A DNA stretch of 64,000 nt from Candidatus Latescibacterota bacterium (GTDB lineage Bacteria; Latescibacterota; UBA2968; UBA8231): assembly GCA_965206595.1 (NCBI GenBank), contig OZ242214.1:5984001-6048000 (forward strand), written 5' to 3'. The notes under the pieces were generated by a model. The model was not told where the DNA came from and did not search any database. It saw only the letters and a list, made by a program, of their open reading frames with translations. Positions 18,601 through 26,996 of the stretch are shown here, piece by piece. Position 1 is the stretch's first letter, and every line of letters begins with the position of its first letter. The translations under genes were made by a program, and so were the position numbers.

Positions 18601-19212
18601 TTACTCTGTCGGGATCGGATTCAGTTCGTGCTGGCGCTTGAGCCGGTCGCCGGCGTCGTGGTCGTAGCGCGCGAACCCTTCCCCGTCGACGAAGGCTTTC
18701 AGGTCGTTGCGGCGGATGGCGTGGGCCAGCTCGCGCACCGCCTCGGCGGATCGGTCGTTGGGCCAGTAGGTCTGGTTGACCCACCGCTCGATCTCGTCGG
18801 CGATCTGGCCGCGCTCGGTCGCCGGGTCTGCCGGGACGGCCGGGTCGGCCACCGAGCCGGGCAAGGGGGTCAGCGCCTCCCAGGCGGCGTCGCTGTCGTT
18901 CACGTCGGTATCCTTGCGCCACACCGACCCGTCGTCGCAGAAGGCGATGACGTGGCTGACGATGCCCGGGCCTGCGTTGGATACGGTTTTCAAGACCGTC
19001 CTGCCTTCCGGGGCGGTCCCGAAGTATTTGCCGATGAGCCCGGTGAGGGTTTCGTCGTCGAGGCCGATGTCGCCGGCCACGGCGATGGCTTGATCGGGCG
19101 TGGGTATCTTCTGGCGGATGCCGCGCGGCCCGCGCTGGACGCACAGGTGCCCGGCGATGTCGTGCAACGCCACCACCAGCTCCCCGTTCCGGTTCCTGCC
19201 AAACAGTTCCAT
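18601..19212 (-). CDS. Hypothetical protein, copy 2 with a different, longer C-terminus
   Basis: RBS ggagg; N-terminal ~68 aa shared with 16691-17020. Confidence 0.7.
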   Translation of the reverse strand: MELFGRNRNGELVVALHDIAGHLCVQRGPRGIRQKIPTPDQAIAVAGDIGLDDETLTGLIGKYFGTAPEGRTVLKTVSNAGPGIVSHVIAFCDDGSVWRKDTDVNDSDAAWEALTPLPGSVADPAVPADPATERGQIADEIERWVNQTYWPNDRSAEAVRELAHAIRRNDLKAFVDGEGFARYDHDAGDRLKRQHELNPIPTE

Positions 19213-19290
19213 GTGTCGAATCCTCCAAAAGCCCCCAAGGGGCGTTGCGGAGGCCGCAGCGAAGGGCCACGGCCTCCGTCCGGGTCGGGT

Positions 19291-21327
19291 CTACTCCTCG
19301 ACGCTCCCAGGCCGAGGCGTGAAGCCCGGCGGCGTCCATTTGCGGATGCGGTCCTTGGCGTTCTCCGCCAGGGTGACCTCGCCGTCCGGATTCCGGAAGA
19401 TGACCTCGGCGTGCTCGGCCAGTTCACCCTTCTTGTAGCCCTTGAACCCATCGGCCCACTCGCTGTCGCCGGCTGAGGCCATCGCCTGGAGGATGGCCTT
19501 CTTGGGGATGCGGTTCCAGAACACGTCCGCCGACAGCCGGGCGTCGGCCAGCGGCGGCCCGAGGCGCTCGACGGCGGCTTCCAGCTCGACGGCCCTGCCG
19601 GTCTCGATGCTCAACTGATTGGTGACCATCGCCGCGACGCAGAAGGCGAGCATGTCCTGCTTGTCGTTCTCGGGGATCTCGCAAAACGCCAGCCAGCACT
19701 GCCGCACCGTGCGCTCCGGATCGGTGCCCAACCACGGCTCGTGGCGCTTTTTCAGCTCCTCGGCGATCTCGGCAAACCGCGCCTCGCCGGGGTTGTTCTC
19801 GGCGAAGGCGGCGTCCTGGTAGCGGTCGAGGGGGTGCGTGGCGGTGACGGTGGCGGAAAACTCCAGCGCCTTCCGCGAGTAGCCGAGGTGGTCCCCCCCC
19901 AGCGTCTGCCGGCCCAACTGGAAAATGAGCAGGTCCACCGCGACCAGAGGCCGGCAGGCCAGTTCCGCCTTGACCATCGAGGTCCGGATGTGCTTCAGGT
20001 CGTCGGCCAGCGCCTGCGACACCCCGGCGTCCTTGCGGGCCTCGGCCTCCGGGTTGGACGCTGAGGGGGCCTTCGTCCGGGGCTTCACGGTGCCGTTGCC
20101 GGCGTGGCCGTTGCTGCCCGTTTCGACCACCGTCTGGGCGGCCGCCGCGTCGTCGGGACGGATCAGGCCGGACTCGGCGCGCACCGCCTCGCCTTGGGAC
20201 AGGTAGCAGCACACCCCGGAGGCGGCCATCTGCTCCCGCGTGAAGGCGGTCCGCTGCTCGATGGCGCCGGTGATCTCGTTGTGCTGCCGCTCCAGTTCGT
20301 CGTAGGCGTCCTCGTCCCATTCCGAGCCGCCGTCGTCCTCGTTGTCGTCGTACGCCTCGTGCAAGGTGCCCATCTTCTCCTCAAGCTCTTCCAGCTTGGC
20401 GGCCTCCTCGGGCGTAGCTTCCGGCTCGGGGGCGTGGAAGCGGCCGTAGCCGGCCAGCGCGGTGTAGTCGTACTCGAGCAGCACGTCCACCCACTTCCAG
20501 CCCTCCTTTTTCAACGCGGCGGCGACCTCGTTCAGCTTGCTCGTCGCCAGTTCTTTCAGCAGCTGCGGGTTGTCGATGTAGACCCCGGCCTCGTCGTTTT
20601 CGGCGAACAGGTCCCGCGTGACGGTGCCGCCGGCGGCCTCGTACGCGTCTACGCCGACGAACTGCGCCGCCGCCGACCCGCCGTGCAGCTTCTCCTCGAC
20701 CAGCGCCGAGCGGATCGAGCGCGGGTTGAGGTGGTAGTGGCCCTCCACCGCCTTGAAGCAGGCCAGTTGCTGCTCGGTATCCGGCGACACCGTGAAGGCC
20801 ATCAGGACCTCCATGTTGAGCTTCTCGTCCCGGTAGGCTTGCAGCAAGGTCGGGGTGGACGGCGGCCAGCCGCAGCCGCTTCTCGACGGTTACCGGACTC
20901 ACGCCGAAGCGCGCGGCGATGTCCTCGACGCTGTGGCCGGCCTCGTGCAGCTCGGCGAAGGCTTCCACCTGGTCGGCCGGGTGCATGTCGGCGCGCACGA
21001 CGTTCTCGGCGAGGCTGATCTCGCCGACTTCTTCGTGCTCGTCCATAATCATGCACGGCACCGGGTAGGTGTCGCCGTCGATCTTGCCCTCCGCTGCCAA
21101 GCGCATCAGCGCCTGCAGGCGGCGACCGCCGGCCACGACCTCGTAGGCGTCGGCGGCTGAGGGGTGGCCGGACAAGAGCACCTGCAGGTTCTGGCGCACG
21201 CCGTGCGCGGCGATGGAGGCGGCCAGCTGGTCGTCGTCGGCAGCCGACGCTTGCGTCTTGCGGACGTTGTGTTCCGATGGATTGAGTTGCCTCAGCGGAA
21301 TCATCTCGATGTTGGGATACGGTCATG
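19291..21327 (-). pseudogene. Large ParB/Spo0J-domain protein (plasmid leading-region type), frameshift ~20847
   Basis: LAASIAAHGVRQNL, VVAGGRRL, SLAENVVRADMHPADQ, HTH; ORFs 20381-21304 and 19291-20847 join across one extra base. Confidence 0.85.
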
Positions 21328-21405
21328 GTTCGATTTCTTCCTCTCAAAGTCGGTAAGGGGATAAGCGGGAGGCCCCGAGCCGGCGACCTCCCGCCCCGCC
21401 GAGGT

Positions 21406-21808
21406 TCAGCCTGTGGGGTGGTCGCGCTCCAGATGCTGGAAGGCGCGCGCCTCGATCTCGACAATCGAGTGCGGGTGGTCGTCCTCGTCGCGCCACGAGT
21501 GCGACGCCAGCCGCCCGGTGAGGAACACCGGCGAGCCCTTGCGGAGCAGCTCGGCGCCGCGCTCGGCCTGGCCGTTGCGGACGATCACGTTGAAGTAGTG
21601 CGCCTCGTCCTGCCATTCGCCTTCCAGGTCGCGGTACGAGCGGTTGGTCACCAGCCGGAAGGACAGCCGAGGCGTCCCGGCGTCCGTGATGCGGTACTCG
21701 GGGTCCATGTGCAGCCTGCCGGCGATGCACACCTGATTGATGCGGGGCATGGGCAGGAGCGGACGCGGCTCCTGTTGGGTTGGGTCGGTCATGGGGGGGT
21801 TCTCCATG
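21406..21808 (-). CDS. ssb: Single-stranded DNA-binding protein
   Basis: INQV.IAGRL..DPE.R, LRKGSPVFLTGRL...SW; lacks the acidic DDIPF tail. Confidence 0.9.
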
Positions 21809-21871
21809 GCGTTGGTTCTCCTCATGGGTGACGAAGGCAGGGGGGGACCGAAGGCCGGCCCCCCCTGTCCT

Positions 21872-22045
21872 TCATGCGCGGCTCGCCTCGCGCCGCTGGC
21901 CGGGGGTGGCGATCCCGTAGCGCCGGCAGAGGCGGGAGAAGCTGGACGGGGCGATGCCGAGCGCAGCGGCCGCGTCGCGGGTGCGGTGATACATCCGCGC
22001 CGCCCGCTCGATGCGCTCGGGGGGGTAGGCGGTGGGCTTGTTCAT
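21872..22045 (-). CDS. 57-aa Fis-like HTH protein (not in ORF track)
   Basis: MNKPTAYPPERIERAARMYHRTRDAAAALGIAPSSFSRLCRRYGIATP; ATGA overlap with radC stop. Confidence 0.7.
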   Translation of the reverse strand: MNKPTAYPPERIERAARMYHRTRDAAAALGIAPSSFSRLCRRYGIATPGQRREASRA

Positions 22046-22779
22046 ATGATCCCCGTCTCCTTCAACGACACGAAGTCGGACCGTGCGATGATGATGTGAT
22101 CGAGGACCTCGATGCCCATGATGAGGCCGGCTTCGCGCAGCCGGTGCGTCAGGTCGATGTCGTCCTTACTCGGCGACACGTCCCCGGACGGATGGTTGTG
22201 GGCGAGGATGATGGACGCCGCGCAGTGCTCGACGCCGACGCGGAAGACCTCGCGCGGGTGGACGATGGACGCCGACAGGCTCCCGATGCTGATGACTTCC
22301 TTGTGCGTCACCTGATTGCGAGCGTTCAGGTAGAGGCAGACGAAGAACTCCCGAGGCTCGTCCTTGATGTCGGCCAGCATCGGAATCGTTTCGGTGGGGG
22401 TGCTGATTACCGGCAGGATGCCGATGCCGCGATCCAGCGCACGGCGGGCGATCTCGACGGCGGCCAGCAGCCGCGCGGCGCGAGTGGACGTGACGCCGCG
22501 CAGGTTGGCCATCTTGTCGACGGGCAGGTTGACCAGCTCGCCGAAGTCGAAGCGCTCGACGATGGCTTTGGCCTCGTCCTCGGTGCTGCCCAAGGCCACG
22601 GCGAGCAGCTCGGAATCGCGCAGCGCCTCGGGGCCGGACAGCAGCAGCCTGTCCCGGCACGTAGGAGCCGTCAGAGAGCCGGCATACATCGGGCCGGTCT
22701 CTGACACCTTGCCGGCCCCGTGCGCCGGACGGGCGCAGGTGACGCGGTCTGCGGGGGGGTGCATCTTCATGGTATCCAT
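22042..22779 (-). CDS. radC: RadC (JAB/MPN) family protein
   Basis: L.D.ELLA, VHPREVF, AHNHPSG...PS..D, VLDHIII. Confidence 0.92.
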   Translation of the reverse strand: MDTMKMHPPADRVTCARPAHGAGKVSETGPMYAGSLTAPTCRDRLLLSGPEALRDSELLAVALGSTEDEAKAIVERFDFGELVNLPVDKMANLRGVTSTRAARLLAAVEIARRALDRGIGILPVISTPTETIPMLADIKDEPREFFVCLYLNARNQVTHKEVISIGSLSASIVHPREVFRVGVEHCAASIILAHNHPSGDVSPSKDDIDLTHRLREAGLIMGIEVLDHIIIARSDFVSLKETGII

Positions 22780-22850
22780 TCTCCTGCTAAGGGTGGATGT
22801 GGTTGTTGTCGGGAGGGGGGGACGTTCCCGCGTCCTCCCCTCCCTTTTTG

Positions 22851-23630
22851 CTACTCGATCAGCCGGCAGGCGATGCGGCCCAAGACTTCGCGGACCGCCG
22901 TCGTCGGCTCGGCGTTGAGGATCTCCTGCAACTCGGCGGCGACTGCGGCCCGGACCTCCACGTCAACCTCGCCGCGCACTTCGTCGCGGATGCGCTGCCG
23001 GTGCCGGGTGGCCTCGGCGATCCGCTCCCGTTCCTCGACGATGCCCCGCGCCCGCTGCACCTGTGCTTTCCAGTGCTCGGCGTTGAGGGTGTGCAGCCCG
23101 TTCTCGTACTGCGCCCGCGCCGGATGGCGGAAGCGCCGGAAGTCGAACGGTACCCAGTGGGCGAAGTCGGCCGCCGCCGCCTTCAGGATGTGGGCGGCGG
23201 CCATGCCGTGCTCGGGGTGCAACTGAACCTCCAGCCGCTTGTCGAGGGGACGGGCGTCCAGTTCCAGCGCCACCCGCTCCAGCACGTCGAAGTCGCCGGC
23301 CCGGTCATAGGCGTCGATGGCGTTCTGAATCCAGTGCTTGCACTGCACGTCATCGGCCATCTTCACGGCGGTATCAAACTCGATGTCGTCCAGATCGCCG
23401 CCGGTGCGGATCTCGGCAGCCCGCCGCAGCTTGACCTCCCCCCCGTCGAAGCGGAACAGGTAGGCCGGCAGGGTCCACGGTTTCGCCTCGGCCGCCAGCG
23501 CGATGCAGGCCATCCGATCCCCGGCCAGCACGGCGGTGCGGTGCAGCTTGAGGAGCGTGTTATAGGACCGCTGCACGGCGTCCCCCTGCCTGTCGTCAGC
23601 CCCGGCCCCATTGCCGCTGGTGTGCTTCAT
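22851..23630 (-). CDS. Hypothetical protein
   Basis: Strong RBS aaggagg; same orientation as operon. Confidence 0.65.
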   Translation of the reverse strand: MKHTSGNGAGADDRQGDAVQRSYNTLLKLHRTAVLAGDRMACIALAAEAKPWTLPAYLFRFDGGEVKLRRAAEIRTGGDLDDIEFDTAVKMADDVQCKHWIQNAIDAYDRAGDFDVLERVALELDARPLDKRLEVQLHPEHGMAAAHILKAAAADFAHWVPFDFRRFRHPARAQYENGLHTLNAEHWKAQVQRARGIVEERERIAEATRHRQRIRDEVRGEVDVEVRAAVAAELQEILNAEPTTAVREVLGRIACRLIE

Positions 23631-23756
23631 CGGTTTCCTCCTTCTCGGTTTCTTGTGCGCCGCCCGCTCATCAGGCAGCGCCCTCGTCAGCCCGTCGATT
23701 CGGGGACCGATGGCCGCCGGTGCCCGAGAGGAGACAGGCACCGGCAGCTAAGCGCA

Positions 23757-24305
23757 TCAGTGGCCTACGCGGCGATCAAATGCGTCCGTCTCGGCTGCGA
23801 CGCGCGCCTCCTCCCGCTCGTGTTTGGTCAGGTCCATCTTGCCGCCGAACGGACCGATGGCCATCACGCCGGCCAGGTCCTCCAACAGCGGCACCGCGGC
23901 GCGGTATCGCTCGATCTTCATGGCCATGGCCAGCGCTAAGAGCGTGCCGCGCTCGTCGGTCAGGTCCAGCAGGGCGAGCACGATGGGCGCCTCGCAATCT
24001 TCCTCAGCCCATCCCGGCCCGTGATAGAAGCCCATCAGCAGGTGCGCCGGCAGACGGTCCTGAACCTCGACGGAGAGCCGCAGGCCGCCGTGGGAAGACG
24101 TAGCGACGAGGTCGACGCCATCGGCGAGGGGGTCCGTGTGCTCGATCAAGCCCCACGGCGAAGACTTCGAGCAGCGGACAGGGTTGGAGAACTCGCTGTG
24201 CGAGGATCTTGTCGCCTTCGGCCAGGCCGGCGAGGCAGGACACACCCGCATGTCGGCGCGCTCAATGAGCTTCAGGCCGCAAGTGCAGTGTCCGGGTGTA
24301 CGCAT
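23757..24305 (-). CDS. Conserved MGE hypothetical (DUF7007-like)
   Basis: SPWG...T.SHGG.RLS...W.EEDCE motif. Confidence 0.6.
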   Translation of the reverse strand: MRTPGHCTCGLKLIERADMRVCPASPAWPKATRSSHSEFSNPVRCSKSSPWGLIEHTDPLADGVDLVATSSHGGLRLSVEVQDRLPAHLLMGFYHGPGWAEEDCEAPIVLALLDLTDERGTLLALAMAMKIERYRAAVPLLEDLAGVMAIGPFGGKMDLTKHEREEARVAAETDAFDRRVGH

Positions 24306-24709
24306 GGTTTCAATCCTTTTCCGGTTGTGAGACTCACGATGCCGCAGCGCCGGCACCGCAGGGTGTAGACGTTGGCCGGCACGCTGACCGAAGCCCAATC
24401 GCTAACCGTCCCGGCACAGGCACGACCACACCCAGCCGGGGCAGGAAGCCCGCTTGCGCTCGATCGCATCGCGCGAGCGCCGCAGGGTTACGAGGGGTTT
24501 GTTGTCCATTCGGGATCAGACCATGAAGTCGAGTTCGCCGGGAGCGACCGCAGCCATCAGCCGCAGCCGCTCCAAGCGAACGCGAAACACGAAGCGCCGG
24601 ATGAAGGCATCGTGGCCGTCCGCCGTGTAGCCCGACAGCGGATAGAGCCGGACTACACGACGGACCGTGATCCCGTAGACCATCCATTCGAGATCGCGGG
24701 ACCCAGGCA

Positions 24710-25165
24710 TCAGGCCACCGCCGCCTCGACGAAGGGTTGAGCATCGACGAAGGCGCGGCTCATGCCTTGCGCCTTGGCCATGCGGAACAGGAAACCCGGA
24801 TCCAACATCTCGCAGCACTTCGATACGTCGATTTCACGCCGGAAGGTGTCCGCATCGAGACCGGACAGGGTGTCGTGCATTTCCCTTAAACACGCCTCGA
24901 CGCCGACCGCATTTACGGTAGGGTCCATCGAGCACACGATGGCCGCCCCGAGGTGCTCGACGAACACGGGAGGGGTCAGCCCCTTCAGGTAGTCGACGAG
25001 GTTCCAATCGTCTTGTCGCGATGCAGCCTGCGAGAGCGTCAGTAGGTCCGAAACCGGCAGGTCCCGAAGGGCCACCGCCTCGCCGTCGTCGAGCACGGCC
25101 ACGTCCTGCTGCAAGTCGACGGCGCGGAGGTTGTCATAGGTCAAACCGTTCGTGATCTGAATCAT
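24710..25165 (-). CDS. Hypothetical protein
   Basis: RBS ggaggg; ATGA overlap with upstream small ORF. Confidence 0.6.
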   Translation of the reverse strand: MIQITNGLTYDNLRAVDLQQDVAVLDDGEAVALRDLPVSDLLTLSQAASRQDDWNLVDYLKGLTPPVFVEHLGAAIVCSMDPTVNAVGVEACLREMHDTLSGLDADTFRREIDVSKCCEMLDPGFLFRMAKAQGMSRAFVDAQPFVEAAVA

Positions 25166-25317
25166 GGCGCCGCCCTCCATGCCTGAAAGGCCGCATCGAG
25201 CGCACCCCCGGTAAGCCGGTTGAAGGCGAGCAGGCCGAACATCACGGCCATGAAGGCCGCGAACACCTTGTCCTCCCTGCCCAACCGGAAGCGCCGCCGA
25301 GTGCATCGGTTGGCCAT
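25162..25317 (-). CDS. 51-aa small membrane protein, first gene of leftward operon (not in ORF track)
   Basis: MANRCTRRRFRLGREDKVFAAFMAVMFGLLAF...; RBS aggagg. Confidence 0.55.
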   Translation of the reverse strand: MANRCTRRRFRLGREDKVFAAFMAVMFGLLAFNRLTGGALDAAFQAWRAAP

Positions 25318-25363
25318 GTCTCTTGTCCTCCTGTTGGGGTGAGTGAAAGCATCTTGCCCCGGG

Positions 25364-25392
25364 ATAATACGTAATTACCCCACGTAGGGCAA
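25364..25392 (-). promoter_or_regulatory. Sigma70 promoter of the leftward operon
   Basis: TTGCCC-N17-TATTAT, embedded in an imperfect inverted repeat. Confidence 0.55.
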
Positions 25393-25980
25393 CTTTTTTT
25401 TCGTAAGGGTGCAGGACGTTTCGCGAAACCGGCCACATAAAGGCTCAGGCGGTTTCGCTGAATAGCGGGGCGGTGCTGGACAATGCAAGCGCCGCCAGGA
25501 CGTTTCATTAAGTTGCGAATTTAGCCCGGACAGCGCCGCGTCCGCCCGCCTCGGGACCGCTTGCCCCTGCTGGACCCCGTTCCGGGAGAAAGGAGGAACG
25601 CTCGAAGGAGAGCTCGATCACAAGGCCGTGGGCCTATCCTTGCGCTGCTTTATAGCGCCAGGATAGAGAGAAGGGGGACGCTCTTCCTCAAAGATCGTCC
25701 TTGGTACCTGGGCGGTTTTCAGTGCAACAACCAACACCCGGGGGGGGGGGGTGAACAATTGAGACACCCCCGTCAGGGGGGTATCCTCGCGCTGTCTTTT
25801 GGACCCGTCGCAGAAACGAATCCAACTTATGACAATACTATCCATTTCAACTATCCCTATACTTTAGAAGGAGTTATCCGAGTTTTCAGGAATGGACTCC
25901 TTTTCTCGTTTGGTCACATAATTCCATTCGAACGTCGATTGGGATCTGAATGAGGAAAATCCACGAAAAAGGGGTGAACA

Positions 25981-26289
25981 ATGGCTCGAGGACGCCTCTG
26001 GACGCCGGAAGAGGACGCACAAATCCGCCGGATTGCCAGTTCGGATCCTGGCTACCTGGACCGTGTTGGGCAGCTCGCCGACGAGTTCGGCCGAACCCTC
26101 GAGGCCGTGCGCCGACGTGCTCAGCGCATCGGCGTGCACCGGCAGCAGTCAAACCCCATCGAAGAGAAGACGGCGTCTGTGCCCAGGGCGCCCGCACCTC
26201 CGCCTCCGCAGCCTGTTGAGGAGCCGATCAGCGACCCTGTCCCGGATGGGGAGATCGTCTACTGGAATGAGTTCGATACCATGGTCTGA
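25981..26289 (+). CDS. Myb/SANT-like HTH protein
   Basis: RGRLWTPEED...LADEFGRT..AVRRRAQRIG. Confidence 0.65.
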   Translation: MARGRLWTPEEDAQIRRIASSDPGYLDRVGQLADEFGRTLEAVRRRAQRIGVHRQQSNPIEEKTASVPRAPAPPPPQPVEEPISDPVPDGEIVYWNEFDTMV

Positions 26290-26291
26290 GA

Positions 26292-26882
26292 ATGGCACGC
26301 GGTCGCATTTGGACACCCGAAGAGGATGATCGTCTTCGCGCCCTTGCGAACGAGAACGCCCAGGGGATTTCGATCCGGGGGCACCGCCGCCGGTATCATG
26401 GCCGTTTCAGGCAGATCGCCGAAGAGTTGGGGCGGTCCTACGCGGCCGTGTTGAAGCGCGCCAGTCGTATCGGCGCCGACAGTTACCGTCTACGCCGGTC
26501 TCCCGAATTGCGGGAGTTATTGAAGGGGATAAGAGCGATGCCGCCGAAGGAGAGTGCGGAACGGCGAGGCGGAGGACGCGGCCGGCCCTGGACCGAAGCC
26601 GAGGACGAGGAAATACGCCGGGCGGCGCGTTTCAACGCAACGCAAGGCCCCTTCCTCTTGTGCCTGGACGACGACGGGAAGTATGTGTGGATCAGCCGCT
26701 TGAAGGACCTCGCCGATCAGATGAGGCGGACCCCTGCGGCGGTGCGCAAGCGAGCCAGCCGCATCGGTGCGAGAAGTCTTCCCCGACGCTACGATTCGAC
26801 CGATCCTACCAGCGTCTGGCGCCGATCCTCCCAGTCGTCGAAGCGCACCTTCAGCGAACGCGGCAAGCAGCGCCCAGCCTGA
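26292..26882 (+). CDS. Protein with two Myb/SANT-like HTH domains
   Basis: RGRIWTPEED and RGRPWTEAED, each followed by LGRS/MRRT..AV.KRASRIG. Confidence 0.65.
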   Translation: MARGRIWTPEEDDRLRALANENAQGISIRGHRRRYHGRFRQIAEELGRSYAAVLKRASRIGADSYRLRRSPELRELLKGIRAMPPKESAERRGGGRGRPWTEAEDEEIRRAARFNATQGPFLLCLDDDGKYVWISRLKDLADQMRRTPAAVRKRASRIGARSLPRRYDSTDPTSVWRRSSQSSKRTFSERGKQRPA

Positions 26883-26996
26883 ATCCCCTCCCCTAGCAAC
26901 CTGCCAAGCCCCTGTCTGAAAGGGTGCTCGGACGTGCACTCTTTTGGTGGGGGTTTTAACTTCGCATATCATTGTTTATACGAAAAGGAGTCTTTC

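Noticed and set aside
23640-23700. Hammerhead-like CTGACGA/CTGATGA...GAAA on the minus strand
   Set aside because: GAAA does not directly follow a stem II, and no stems I/III could be built
25740-25752. Poly-G tract as a phase-variation site
   Set aside because: Not inside a supported CDS or a defined promoter spacer
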